Shown: positions 24,823 to 35,542 of the stretch, piece by piece
Position numbering within the stretch: position 1 is the first letter of the stretch
Layout: every line of letters starts with the position of its first letter
Assembly: GCA_902541695.1 (NCBI GenBank)
Contig: CACBRT010000003.1
Coordinates: 2,437-66,436, forward strand
Direction: 5' to 3'
DNA from: an uncultured Alphaproteobacteria bacterium
GTDB lineage: Bacteria > Pseudomonadota > Alphaproteobacteria > Rhodobacterales > Rhodobacteraceae
Length of the DNA: 64,000 nucleotides
Made by a program: the position numbers and the translations under genes
The notes under the pieces: model-generated
Told to the model about the DNA's origin: nothing
Databases searched by the model: none
What the model saw: the letters and a program-made list of their open reading frames with translations, nothing else

Positions 24823-26007
24823 TCAAACTTTTTCAATTGCTAAAGCTATACCTTGTCCGCCTCCTATGCACATTGTTATTAAACCTAAAGTACCATCAAT
24901 TCTTTCTAATTCATGTATAGCTTTTATTGTTAAGATTGCACCGGTTGCTCCAATAGGATGCCCCAATGCAATTGCTCCACCATTTGGATTTACTTTATTA
25001 GCGTTCAGGTTCAACTCTTTGGAAACAGCACAAGCTTGAGCAGCAAATGCTTCATTGCTTTCAATGACATCAAAATCTTTTTCAGATAATCCAGTTTTAT
25101 CTAAAAGTTTTTTCACAGCGATTATAGGACCTATTCCCATTACCTCAGGTCTTACGCCTGAATGAGAATAACCTAATATTTTTGCTTTAACTTTTAACCC
25201 GTTCGATTTAGCGGCGGCGGCAGTACTAAGAACTAATGCAGCAGCTCCATCGTTTAAACCAGATGAGTTACCTGCAGTTACTGTCCCATTTTCCATAAAA
25301 ACTGAATTTAGGCTTTTAAGACTTTCTGAATCTGTTTCTTTTGGATGCTCATCAACATTAAATATATTTTTTCTGACTTTAACATCTACGATTTGATTTT
25401 TAAAATAACCTTTTTCCAATGCATTAGAAGCTCTTATTTGACTTTCTAGGGAAAAACTATCTTGATCTTCTCTTGAAATTCCATATTCGCTAGCAACATT
25501 TTCTGCTGTGACTCCCATATGACCAGTACCAAAAGGACAATTTAGTGCTCCTAGCATCATATCTTCTACAGTAGTGTTACCCATTCTTTTACCCCACCTA
25601 TTAGATTTTATAATGTGGGGTGAATTACTCATATTTTCTGATCCACCGGCAAGACCGAAATTAGAGTCACCTAATGTTAAACTTTGTATCACAGATACGA
25701 TTGCCTGTAATCCAGATCCACACAAACGGTTCACATTCATTGCAGCAACACTCTTTGGTAAACCTGAATTTAAAGCTACAACTCTTGAAAGATACATATC
25801 TTTAGGTTCTGTATTAATAACATGACCAAAAGCAACTTGACCAACTTCATTTTTATCCACTTCCGAGATTTCTAGTGCTTTTTTTGCAACCACTGTTCCA
25901 AGTTCAATTGGTGAAACTGATTTTAGGGATCCTCCAAAACTACCAATTGCTGTTCTGGATCCGGATAATATAACAACTTCTTCTTGCATAAAAAATTTGT
26001 TCCTCAT
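24823..26007 (-). CDS. acetyl-CoA C-acetyltransferase (thiolase)
   Basis: 394 aa, active-site NRLCGSGLQA and C-terminal CIGGGQGIA. Confidence 0.93.
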   Translation of the reverse strand: MRNKFFMQEEVVILSGSRTAIGSFGGSLKSVSPIELGTVVAKKALEISEVDKNEVGQVAFGHVINTEPKDMYLSRVVALNSGLPKSVAAMNVNRLCGSGLQAIVSVIQSLTLGDSNFGLAGGSENMSNSPHIIKSNRWGKRMGNTTVEDMMLGALNCPFGTGHMGVTAENVASEYGISREDQDSFSLESQIRASNALEKGYFKNQIVDVKVRKNIFNVDEHPKETDSESLKSLNSVFMENGTVTAGNSSGLNDGAAALVLSTAAAAKSNGLKVKAKILGYSHSGVRPEVMGIGPIIAVKKLLDKTGLSEKDFDVIESNEAFAAQACAVSKELNLNANKVNPNGGAIALGHPIGATGAILTIKAIHELERIDGTLGLITMCIGGGQGIALAIEKV

Positions 26008-26121
26008 AATTTAAAACTTAAGTATTACAGTAATATATTTATAAAGTTTTTATAACTATAATATCTGAATAATATTAACAAATTTAAGTTTAGACAAATA
26101 ATAAAATTTTTAATAAATAGA

Positions 26122-26979
26122 ATGACCAGATTAGTTTATTTAAATGGAAAATTTCTTCCTGATGTAGAAGCAAATATATCAATTTTTGATAGGGGGTTTT
26201 TATTTAGTGACGCAGTTTATGAAGTTACAGCTGTTATTGATAAAAAATTAGTCTCTTGGGAAGGACATTTGAAAAGACTAAGGCATAGTTTGAAACAATT
26301 AAATATTGATTTTACAAAAACAAATGATGAACTTTTATTTATCCATAAAAAAATTATTGAACAGAACAATATAAGTGAAGGTTTAGTTTATTTACAAATA
26401 TCTAGAGGTCAAGCTGAGCGTGATTTTGCATTTCCAGTCCAAGAAGTAGAGCCAACTATCGTTCTTTTTACACAACAAAAAAAAATAATTAATAATCAAA
26501 AAATATTATGTGGTGCAAAAGTTGTTTCTTGTCCTGATCTTAGGTGGGGAAGAGCAGATATAAAAACCGTTCAATTACTTTATGCTTCTATGATGAAACA
26601 AAAAGCACTTGACCAAGGGAAAGATGATGTTTGGTTTGTAAAAAATAATTTTATTACAGAAGGAAGCTCTAGTAATACTTTTATATTATCAAAAAGTGGG
26701 ACACTCATTACAAATTCTCTTTCTTCTCAGATCTTGTCAGGCATTACAAGAAAATCAATTTTAGAATACTCCAAAAATGCTAATTTTATTGTTAAAGAAA
26801 AACCTTTCACAATTGAAGATACAAAAAATGCAAGAGAAGCTTTTTCTTGTTCATCTACAACTTTTGTAATGCCAGTAGTTGAAATTGATGAATTCAAGAT
26901 AGGAGATGGATCTCCGGGGAAGCATACTTTAAGTTTACGTCAATTATATATAGATAATGTAAGAAAAGAATTAGTCTAA
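26122..26979 (+). CDS. class IV aminotransferase (D-amino-acid / branched-chain type)
   Basis: 285 aa, RGFLFSDAVYEV and GITR motifs of fold-type IV PLP enzymes. Confidence 0.8.
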   Translation: MTRLVYLNGKFLPDVEANISIFDRGFLFSDAVYEVTAVIDKKLVSWEGHLKRLRHSLKQLNIDFTKTNDELLFIHKKIIEQNNISEGLVYLQISRGQAERDFAFPVQEVEPTIVLFTQQKKIINNQKILCGAKVVSCPDLRWGRADIKTVQLLYASMMKQKALDQGKDDVWFVKNNFITEGSSSNTFILSKSGTLITNSLSSQILSGITRKSILEYSKNANFIVKEKPFTIEDTKNAREAFSCSSTTFVMPVVEIDEFKIGDGSPGKHTLSLRQLYIDNVRKELV

Positions 26980-27273
26980 ATTTGTTTCTTTATTTTTTTT
27001 CATAACTTTTTCTATATCCTGTAAATTTCTATTTTGTTGAAATTTGCTCTTCCACTCTTCGTATGGCATACCATAAATCAACTCCCTAGCTGAATCTTTA
27101 TCTATATTTATACCTTGTTTTTCAGCTTCCTCGCTGTACCATCTAGATAAACAATTTCTACAAAATCCAGCAAGATCCATTAGATCTAAATTTTGTACAT
27201 CAGTTCTTTGAGATAAATGATTAAGTAGCCTTCTAAATGTTGCTGCTTCTAATACTTCATTATTTTTTTTCAT
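26971..27273 (-). CDS. DUF1244-family protein
   Basis: 100 aa, FRRLL.HL..R.DVQN.DLM.LAGFCRNCLS.WY pattern. Confidence 0.7.
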   Translation of the reverse strand: MKKNNEVLEAATFRRLLNHLSQRTDVQNLDLMDLAGFCRNCLSRWYSEEAEKQGINIDKDSARELIYGMPYEEWKSKFQQNRNLQDIEKVMKKNKETNLD

Positions 27274-27464
27274 ATTTTATAGGCTTTTATAATTTATATT
27301 AAAACAACGATAATATATATTTTTTTAAAATTATATAGCTAATTAGATGTTTATTTACCACAATACTTTCCTTTATCTTAGTGAAATGATAAAATTGTTA
27401 ATTAATATATAAATTAATTTATTGTTCAATTAACAGTAGTTTATAAAAACAGGTTTAGATTTCT

Positions 27465-28922
27465 ATGGTGAAGGGTTTAAGAAGAAACAGAAATGTCAAA
27501 ATTGTTGCAACGTTAGGACCAGCATCAAGTTCTGAAGAAATGGTATTTAAACTATTTGAAGAGGGCGTTGATGTTTTTCGTCTTAATTTAAGTCATGGTT
27601 CACATGATGAAATAAAAAAAAGACATAAAATTATTAGAAAAGTTGAAAATGAATTTGGAAGACCAATTTGTATACTGGCTGATCTGCAAGGCCCAAAATT
27701 AAGATGTGGAGATTTTAAAAATAAAAAGGCTAAACTTGTTGTTGGTCAATCATTTATCTTTGATAAAGAAAAAGATCTTGGAAGTTCAAAAAGGGTTTAT
27801 CTTCCAGAATTTGAAGTTTTTAAGAGTTTAAAAAAAGGATCAAAAGTTCTTGTTAATGACGGAAAAATAAAACTTATTGTGAAAGAAGTGAGTAAAAAAT
27901 TTGTTATTACAGAAGTATTAGTTGGTGGTATTATTTCAGATAAAAAGGGAATAAATGTTCCTGACCAAATTTTACCATTGTCAGCTCTCTCAAAAAAAGA
28001 CTTAAGTGATTTAGAATTTGTTTGTGACTTAGGAATAGAATGGTTAGGTCTTTCTTTTGTTCAAAGAGCTGAAGACATAAAAGATGCAAAAAAATTAGTT
28101 CGCGGAAGAGCAGCAATTTTATCAAAAATTGAAAAACCGTCAGCAGTAGAAGCATTTGATGAGATTTTAGAAGAAACTGACGCAGTTATGGTTGCACGTG
28201 GAGATTTGGGAGTTGAGCTGCCAATTGAAACTCTACCACCTATTCAGAAAAGATTAGTGAAACAGTGTAGAGATTCAGGCAAACCAGTTATTGTAGCAAC
28301 TCAAATGATGGAAAGTATGGTGAACTCGCCTGTGCCAACAAGAGCTGAAGTGTCTGATGTTGCACAAGCAATTTATGAAGGTGCAGATGCTGTAATGTTG
28401 TCTGCAGAAAGTGCTGTAGGTAATTTCCCTATGGAAGCAGTTAAAACTATGAATAGCATAGCAACTGAAGTTGAAAAAGAAAAAACATATCGTCAAGTTA
28501 TTGAGTCTTCAAGAATTCCTTTGAAAGGTGATGTATCAGAGGCAATCACAGTTGCTGCCAGAGAGGTCGCTGAAACGACTAATGTTAAAGTAATTTGTTG
28601 TTTCACAGAAACGGGTTCAACAGCTTCGCTTACTGCTCGTGAAAGGCCAAAAGTACCTATAATTACCCTTACTCCTAAAATTACAATAGCTAGGAGATTA
28701 ACATTACATTGGGGTTTACACTGTATAATAACAGAAGAACTCACTAGATTTAAAATGGCAGTTGTAAATGCCGCAAAAGCAGCAAGAACTTACGGATTTG
28801 CAAATAATAACGATAAAATTATTGTGATAGCAGGTGTTCCATTTAATGTATCAGGTACCACTAACATTCTCCGAGTAGCACCAGCTGATGAAAAAAAAAT
28901 ATTTGAAGGAGAAAGTAGTTAA
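27465..28922 (+). CDS. pyk: pyruvate kinase
   Basis: 485 aa, KIVATLGPAS, MVARGDLGVE motifs. Confidence 0.95.
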   Translation: MVKGLRRNRNVKIVATLGPASSSEEMVFKLFEEGVDVFRLNLSHGSHDEIKKRHKIIRKVENEFGRPICILADLQGPKLRCGDFKNKKAKLVVGQSFIFDKEKDLGSSKRVYLPEFEVFKSLKKGSKVLVNDGKIKLIVKEVSKKFVITEVLVGGIISDKKGINVPDQILPLSALSKKDLSDLEFVCDLGIEWLGLSFVQRAEDIKDAKKLVRGRAAILSKIEKPSAVEAFDEILEETDAVMVARGDLGVELPIETLPPIQKRLVKQCRDSGKPVIVATQMMESMVNSPVPTRAEVSDVAQAIYEGADAVMLSAESAVGNFPMEAVKTMNSIATEVEKEKTYRQVIESSRIPLKGDVSEAITVAAREVAETTNVKVICCFTETGSTASLTARERPKVPIITLTPKITIARRLTLHWGLHCIITEELTRFKMAVVNAAKAARTYGFANNNDKIIVIAGVPFNVSGTTNILRVAPADEKKIFEGESS

Positions 28923-29020
28923 TATTTATGTTTAAGCTTATTAAACGTAAATCACTTTTTTGTCTTGCAAATTTTTTTAATAAATACTAAGAAATGAAAA
29001 ATTAAAGGAATGGTTACATA

Positions 29021-29221
29021 ATGCCAAAAATGAAAACAAAATCTGGTGCAAAAAAACGATTTAAACCTACAGCTTCTGGTATGTTAAAGGCGGCTCAGGC
29101 TGGTAAGAGACACGGTATGATAAAACGTTCAAGAAAATTTATTAGAAATGCTCGAGGTACAACTACACTTTCAAAAGCTGATGAAGGTATTGTCAAAATT
29201 TATATGCCATATGCTAGGTAA
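29021..29221 (+). CDS. rpmI: 50S ribosomal protein L35
   Basis: 66 aa, [15 protein letters not shown] start. Confidence 0.97.
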   Translation: MPKMKTKSGAKKRFKPTASGMLKAAQAGKRHGMIKRSRKFIRNARGTTTLSKADEGIVKIYMPYAR

Positions 29222-29231
29222 AGGATAATAA

Positions 29232-29594
29232 ATGTCACGAGTTCGGCCTGGTCCAGTAACAAAAGCAAGACACAAAAAAATACTTAAAGCAGCTAAAGGA
29301 TACTATGGTGCTAGAAGTAGAACTTTTAAAACGGCGTCTCAGGCGGTAGATAAAGCTCTTCAGTATGCTACAAGAGATAGAAGAGTTAAGAAAAGAACAT
29401 TTAGATCATTATGGATTCAAAGAATAAATGCAGCTGTTAGGGAATTAGAGCCTTCTCTAAACTATAGTAAATTTATAAATGGTTTAGCAAAAGCGAACAT
29501 TTCGGTAGACAGAAAAATATTATCAGAACTTGCTGTTAATGAACCTGAAACTTTTAGGAAGTTTTTCGAAATTGCAAAATCGAAGATAGCATAG
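29232..29594 (+). CDS. rplT: 50S ribosomal protein L20
   Basis: 120 aa, [16 protein letters not shown] pattern. Confidence 0.97.
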   Translation: MSRVRPGPVTKARHKKILKAAKGYYGARSRTFKTASQAVDKALQYATRDRRVKKRTFRSLWIQRINAAVRELEPSLNYSKFINGLAKANISVDRKILSELAVNEPETFRKFFEIAKSKIA

Positions 29595-29682
29595 TCTATT
29601 TTTTTTAAAATTTAAGACAGATAATAGTTAAGTCCATGAATTGAATTTTGTGCATTTGAAACCAAATGAGATGGGGCTATTT

Positions 29683-30762
29683 ATGAGTGAAGTAAAAAAA
29701 ATCGAAAAAAACATTTTAAAATTAATATCAAGTTCTAAAAGCTTAGATGAATTGGAGAAAATAAGGGTAGATGCTCTTGGAAAAAAAGGAATAGTATCCA
29801 ATCTTTTGAAATCTATTGGTTCAATGAATGAAAAAGAAAGAAAAGTAAAAGCCTCATTATTTAATTCTCTTAAAGATAAAATTATACAAAATATAGAAAA
29901 AAAGAAAAATCTTATTTATGAAAATATCATTAATGAAAAGATTTCTACAGAATGGTTGGATTTAACAAGACCAACAAGGCCTGATAATAGAGGAAAAATC
30001 CATCCTATTAGCCAAGTTACTGAAGAAATCATTGAAATTTTTTCAGATTTAGGATTTTCTATTGCAGAAGGTCCTCAAATAGAGAGTGATTGGTATAACT
30101 TTGATGCTTTAAATATACCTCCAGAACATCCTGCAAGACAAGAATTTGATACTTTTTATGTTAAAAATAATAGTGACATAATAGCTGAACCAAATGTTCT
30201 TAGAACACATACTAGTCCTGTCCAAATTAGACATATGGAAAAAAAAAATGGAGTTCCATGCAGAATAATAGTTCCTGGTAAAGTCTTTAGGTCAGATTAT
30301 GATCAAACGCATACTCCAATGTTTAACCAACTTGAAGGTCTAGCAATTGATACTGATATAAATATGAGTCACTTAAAATGGACTTTAGAAGAATTCTGCC
30401 GTGCTTTTTTTGATATTGATAATGTATCATTAAGATTTAGGTCTAGCCACTTTCCTTTTACTGAACCAAGTGCAGAAGTTGACATAAGATGTTCTTGGGT
30501 TGATGGTTTATTAAAGTTAGGTCAAGGTGACAACTGGTTAGAAATTTTAGGGTCAGGAATGGTTCATCCTAATGTTTTAAACGCTTGTAATGTAGATCCT
30601 GAAAAGTATCAAGGTTTTGCTTTTGGCATGGGGATAGATAGACTTGCTATGTTAAAATATGGTATCCCTGATTTAAGATCTTTTTTTGAAAGTGATTTTC
30701 GTTGGCTTGATCATTATGGCTTTGATCCCTTAAATAAACCTTCTATTCATAATGGACTTTGA
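29683..30762 (+). CDS. pheS: phenylalanine--tRNA ligase alpha subunit
   Basis: Track ORF opens at TTG 29641; ATG 29683 (MSEVKKIEKN) is the likelier start. FRSDYDQTHTPMFNQLEG class II motif. TGA stop at 30760-30762. Confidence 0.96.
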   Translation: MSEVKKIEKNILKLISSSKSLDELEKIRVDALGKKGIVSNLLKSIGSMNEKERKVKASLFNSLKDKIIQNIEKKKNLIYENIINEKISTEWLDLTRPTRPDNRGKIHPISQVTEEIIEIFSDLGFSIAEGPQIESDWYNFDALNIPPEHPARQEFDTFYVKNNSDIIAEPNVLRTHTSPVQIRHMEKKNGVPCRIIVPGKVFRSDYDQTHTPMFNQLEGLAIDTDINMSHLKWTLEEFCRAFFDIDNVSLRFRSSHFPFTEPSAEVDIRCSWVDGLLKLGQGDNWLEILGSGMVHPNVLNACNVDPEKYQGFAFGMGIDRLAMLKYGIPDLRSFFESDFRWLDHYGFDPLNKPSIHNGL

Positions 30763-30795
30763 ATTTTTTTAATTTTTTTTTTGGTATTGTTGATT

Positions 30796-33216
30796 ATGAA
30801 ATTTTCTATAAGTTGGTTAAAAACATATCTTGATTTTAATGAAAATATTGAAGTCTTAGTCGATTGTTTAAATGATTTAGGCTTAGAGGTAGAGAGTATA
30901 GATGATCCTACCGATATTTATAATGATTTCATAGTTGGAAAAATTGAACATTTTGAAAAACATCCAAATGCTGACAAATTAAAGATTTGTAAAGTATTGT
31001 TGGGACAAGATACAAAAAAAATAATATGTGGTGCTAACAATATTAAAACTGGTATGGGAGTTGTAGTAGCTCTTCCAGGTACTTTTATTCCTGGTTTAGG
31101 TAATAAGATTTCTATTGGAAAAATCAGGGGCGTGGAAAGCCATGGTATGATGTGCTCTGAATTAGAGTTAAATTTATCTGAAGAACATGATGGAATAATA
31201 AGTTTGAATAATCCAAATGTTGGTGGTAATTTCAGTGATTGGTTGAAATTAAATGATCCAAACAAAATCGATCCAGTTTTAGAAATTGCAATTACTCCAA
31301 ATCGACCAGATGCTTTAGGTGTTTATGGAATTGCTAGAGACTTACATTCCAAAGGTTTTGGAAAATTAATTCCAAGAAAGATTAGCAACATACCTACCAC
31401 ATATGACAGTCCAATAAACATATTTCTTGAAAGTAATGTGTCTAGAAAAGATTGCCCATATTTTGTTGGAAGATATATTAAGGATATAAAAAATACGCCT
31501 TCTCCTGGTTGGCTAAAAAATAGACTCAAAAAAATCGGGCTTCGTCCGATTTCAGGAATAGTCGATTTAACTAACTTTTTAACATTTGATAGTGCTAGGC
31601 CATTACATGCTTTTGATGCAGATAAGTTAAATGGTGATTTAATTATAAGAAAAGCAATAAATGGAGAAGAATTAGAAGCTTTAGATGGTAATACATATAA
31701 ACTTGATAATACTATGACTGTTATAGCAGATAGTAAGAGTGTTCAAGCTATTGGTGGGATAATTGGTGGAAACAAAAGTGGTTGTTCAGAAAACACGAAG
31801 AATATTTTTATAGAATCTGCTTATTTTGATCCTATATCTACTGCAAGGACAGGTAGAAAATTAGGTTTGATAACAGATGCACGATATAGGTTTGAAAGGG
31901 GCATTGATTCATCTTTTACAGAGAACGGTTTAGAATATTACACCCAATTTGCAATAAACTTATTAGGAGGAAAACCCTCTAATCTAGTAATTTCAGGAAA
32001 AGACCCATTTAAAGCAAAAACCTTTGAAATGAGCTTTAACAAAGTAGAAAAAGTAACTGGAATTAAAATCCCAATTGAAAAACAAGTTGATATTTTGCAA
32101 AAACTAGGTTTTTTAGTGAAGAAAAAAACTAATAAGTTAATAGTAAGTCAGCCAAGTTGGCGCCCTGATATTTCAGGTGAGATTGATTTAGTTGAAGAAA
32201 TAATAAGAGTTACTTCTCTCAATAAGTTGATATCAAAACCATTACCCAGAAAAAAATCGGGAGTATCTACTTGCAGTTTTAATAAATTGCAAAGAAATGT
32301 TAGCAAAATTAGACGTTTTTTGGCATCAAAAGGTTTGAAAGAAACTATTAACTATAGTTTTATTGATAAAAATAGTGCAGAAATTTTTGACGAAAATAAT
32401 AATTTAGTTATGCTCTCTAATTCTTTAAGTTCAGAGATGACGCACTTAAGACCTTCTTTAATACCTGGTTTGCTAAAAGCAACAAAAAAAAATCAGGCAC
32501 GTGGATTAACTGATCTAGCATTTTTTGAAATCGGACAAACTTTTTATGGATCTGAACCCGGAGAAGAAAAGCTTGAATTAAGTGGTATATTTTCTGGCAA
32601 TAATGAGGAAAGGAATGCTTTTAATAATGAACGCCCTTTCGATATCTTTGATGCAAAGTTCTGCATAGAACAATCACTACATTCAGTAGGTATTAATCTT
32701 AATAGTTTAGTTATAGATAGAGAGGTCCCAGATTATTTCCATCCAAATAAGTCAGCATTTTTAAAATTGGGCAAATTTAAAAAACTAGGAGTATTTGGAG
32801 AATTAAATCCAAGGCACACAAACATTTATGGTTTTAAAAATAATCCTATTATTTTTTCAATTTTTTTAGAGGAACTAAAAGATAATAAAGAAAAACTTAA
32901 AAAGGTAAAATTTGAAAACTCAACTTATCCTTCAGTAGTTAGAGACTTTGCGTTTGTTGTAGATGAAAAAATAGAAGTTCAAAATATTATTAAAACAATA
33001 AAAAAAATTGATACAGAACTTATTGTTGCAATAAAACTTTTTGATGTATTTGAAGGAAAAAAAGCATATCAACAAATTGGAAATCATAAAAAATCTTTAG
33101 CTTTTGAGATAACTATACAGTCAAAATTTAGGACATTAAAAGAAAGTGAAATTGAGCAATTGTCTCAAAAAATTATATCCAATGTTTCAGAATTAACAGG
33201 TGGTAGTTTAAGATAA
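30796..33216 (+). CDS. pheT: phenylalanine--tRNA ligase beta subunit
   Basis: Likely ATG 30796 (MKFSISWLK). tRNA-binding, B3/4, B5 and FDX-ACB domain order recognisable. Confidence 0.96.
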   Translation: MKFSISWLKTYLDFNENIEVLVDCLNDLGLEVESIDDPTDIYNDFIVGKIEHFEKHPNADKLKICKVLLGQDTKKIICGANNIKTGMGVVVALPGTFIPGLGNKISIGKIRGVESHGMMCSELELNLSEEHDGIISLNNPNVGGNFSDWLKLNDPNKIDPVLEIAITPNRPDALGVYGIARDLHSKGFGKLIPRKISNIPTTYDSPINIFLESNVSRKDCPYFVGRYIKDIKNTPSPGWLKNRLKKIGLRPISGIVDLTNFLTFDSARPLHAFDADKLNGDLIIRKAINGEELEALDGNTYKLDNTMTVIADSKSVQAIGGIIGGNKSGCSENTKNIFIESAYFDPISTARTGRKLGLITDARYRFERGIDSSFTENGLEYYTQFAINLLGGKPSNLVISGKDPFKAKTFEMSFNKVEKVTGIKIPIEKQVDILQKLGFLVKKKTNKLIVSQPSWRPDISGEIDLVEEIIRVTSLNKLISKPLPRKKSGVSTCSFNKLQRNVSKIRRFLASKGLKETINYSFIDKNSAEIFDENNNLVMLSNSLSSEMTHLRPSLIPGLLKATKKNQARGLTDLAFFEIGQTFYGSEPGEEKLELSGIFSGNNEERNAFNNERPFDIFDAKFCIEQSLHSVGINLNSLVIDREVPDYFHPNKSAFLKLGKFKKLGVFGELNPRHTNIYGFKNNPIIFSIFLEELKDNKEKLKKVKFENSTYPSVVRDFAFVVDEKIEVQNIIKTIKKIDTELIVAIKLFDVFEGKKAYQQIGNHKKSLAFEITIQSKFRTLKESEIEQLSQKIISNVSELTGGSLR

Positions 33217-33228
33217 TAATAGATTATA

Positions 33229-33699
33229 TCACTTGTACTCAATATTAGTTATTTCATAATTCTTTGTACCGCCCGGGGATTTTACTTCTACACTATCTCC
33301 GGTTTCTTTACCTATCAATGCTCTTGCTAATGGAGATCTAACATTTAACTTATTTTTTTCAATATTTGCCTCTGCCTCACCCACAATTTGGTATATCTTT
33401 TGTTCTTCTGTATCTTCATCAATAATCGTAACTGTTGCAGAAAACTTTATACTACCAGAGAGTTTTTTTGGATCTATAACTTCAGCTAAACTTATAATTC
33501 CTTCAAGTTCTTTAATTCTCCCTTCGATAAATGATTGTTTCTCTCTCGCAGCGTGATATTCAGCATTTTCAGAAAGATCACCATGTTCTCTTGCTTCAGC
33601 TATAGCTTTAATAATTTTTGGGCGTTCATTACTCTTTAGTATTTTTAACTCTTCATTTAAAGTTTCGAAGCCAATCAAAGTGAGAGGTACTTTATCCAT
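33229..33699 (-). CDS. greA: transcription elongation factor GreA
   Basis: 156 aa, [17 protein letters not shown] coiled-coil tip motif. Confidence 0.95.
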   Translation of the reverse strand: MDKVPLTLIGFETLNEELKILKSNERPKIIKAIAEAREHGDLSENAEYHAAREKQSFIEGRIKELEGIISLAEVIDPKKLSGSIKFSATVTIIDEDTEEQKIYQIVGEAEANIEKNKLNVRSPLARALIGKETGDSVEVKSPGGTKNYEITNIEYK

Positions 33700-33889
33700 A
33701 CTTATCTCCGTTTAATTTTAAAAAACAATCCATTGAAAATATCTATCTTTGTAAAATCTTCCAATTTTCAAAGTTTAAAAAACTATGACAAAAAGTGGCA
33801 CTTTAAATTAATTTAATAACAACTATAATATTAAAAATTAAATCAAAATTACTTCATGTGTCAAGAAATGCTATATTTAGGAGATTTAT

Positions 33890-35542
33890 ATGTCGGAATC
33901 TAAAAGAGAGTACATAGAATACGATGTTGTTATTGTTGGCGCTGGTCCTGCTGGATTATCAGCAGCAATCAGATTAAAACAACTTAATCCTAATTTACAA
34001 GTGGTAGTTTTAGAAAAAGGTTCAGAAGTAGGGTCTCATATAGTTTCTGGAGCTGTAATTGATCCGATCGGTTTAAATAAACTTCTCCCAAATTGGAAGG
34101 AAATGAATTCTCCAATAAAAACCGAAGTCAAAGAGGATAAGTTTTATTTTCTAGGTCCAGCTGGTAGCATTCGTATCCCAAATTTTTTAATGCCCCCCTT
34201 AATGTCTAATGATGGAAACTACATTGTTTCAATGTCGAAAGTATGTAGATGGCTATCTAAACAAGCAGAAGAATTAGGCGTGGAAATTTTTCCTGGAATG
34301 TCTTGCTCTGAAGTTATTTATGGAAAAAACAACGAATTAAAAGGAGTTGTTGCTGGAGAATTTGGTAAAAACCCCGAAGGGGAACCTGGACCAATGTATG
34401 AGCCGGGCATGGAAGTGATTGGAAAATATATATTTTTAGCAGAAGGAGTAAGAGGATCATTAACAAAAAAAATTATCAAGAACTATGATCTTTCTAAAAA
34501 TTCTGATTTTCAAAAATATGGCATTGGAATCAAAGAAGTATGGGAAGTAGATCATAGTAAACACAAGGAAGGGCAAGTTTTACATACAATGGGTTGGCCT
34601 TTAGGAAATAATACTGGTGGTGGGTCTTTTTTGTATCATGGTAGTGATAATCAAGTTTTTGTTGGTTTTGTTGTTCATTTGAATTATAAAAACCCGTATC
34701 TATTTCCTTATAAAGAATTCCAAAGATTTAAACATCATCCACTGATTTATGATTTACTTAAGGGAGGGAAACGTATTGAATATGGGGCAAGGGCAATAAG
34801 CGAAGGTGGAATTCAATCAATCCCAAAGCTATCATTTCCTGGTGGAGTTTTAATTGGCTGTGCCGCTGGTTTTGTTAATGTACCTAGAATCAAAGGTAAT
34901 CATAATGCAATTTTGTCTGGAATAGCAGCAGCAGAAGCTGCAAATATTGCAATTCTTGATGGAAGATCTAATGATACCCTTCACGAATATGAGAATAAAA
35001 TAAAAAAAGGGCCTATTTATAAGGATTTAACACCAGTAAAAAACGTAAAGCCATTGTGGTCTAGATTAGGTCTTTTCCTTGGTATTATTTTTGGCTCAAT
35101 TGATATGTGGTTTGCTAACATTTTTGGCATAAATTTGTTTGGAACATTAAAACATAAATACTCTGATCATTCATCCCTAGAACCCCTTAAGAAGCATAAA
35201 TTAATTGAATATCCCAAATCAGATGGTAAAATAAGCTTTGATCGTCTTGATAGTGTTAGCTATTCTGGTACTTCTCATAGTGACGGTCAAGAATGTCATT
35301 TGAAACTCAATGATTATTCAATTCCGTTAAAATTTAATTTGCCTAATTATGACGAACCGGCACAACGGTATTGTCCTGCAGGTGTATATGAGGTAGTTAA
35401 GAGTGAAGATGAGGAATTAAGATTTCAAATTAATTATCAAAATTGCGTTCATTGCAAAACCTGTGATATAAAAGATCCTAGTCAAAATATTACATGGAAA
35501 ACTCCTCAAGGTGGGGAAGGACCTAATTATTCTTGTATGTAA
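33890..35542 (+). CDS. electron-transfer flavoprotein:ubiquinone oxidoreductase
   Basis: 550 aa, DVVIVGAGPAGLSAAIRL FAD motif and C-terminal 4Fe-4S CVHCKTCDIKDP. Confidence 0.93.
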   Translation: MSESKREYIEYDVVIVGAGPAGLSAAIRLKQLNPNLQVVVLEKGSEVGSHIVSGAVIDPIGLNKLLPNWKEMNSPIKTEVKEDKFYFLGPAGSIRIPNFLMPPLMSNDGNYIVSMSKVCRWLSKQAEELGVEIFPGMSCSEVIYGKNNELKGVVAGEFGKNPEGEPGPMYEPGMEVIGKYIFLAEGVRGSLTKKIIKNYDLSKNSDFQKYGIGIKEVWEVDHSKHKEGQVLHTMGWPLGNNTGGGSFLYHGSDNQVFVGFVVHLNYKNPYLFPYKEFQRFKHHPLIYDLLKGGKRIEYGARAISEGGIQSIPKLSFPGGVLIGCAAGFVNVPRIKGNHNAILSGIAAAEAANIAILDGRSNDTLHEYENKIKKGPIYKDLTPVKNVKPLWSRLGLFLGIIFGSIDMWFANIFGINLFGTLKHKYSDHSSLEPLKKHKLIEYPKSDGKISFDRLDSVSYSGTSHSDGQECHLKLNDYSIPLKFNLPNYDEPAQRYCPAGVYEVVKSEDEELRFQINYQNCVHCKTCDIKDPSQNITWKTPQGGEGPNYSCM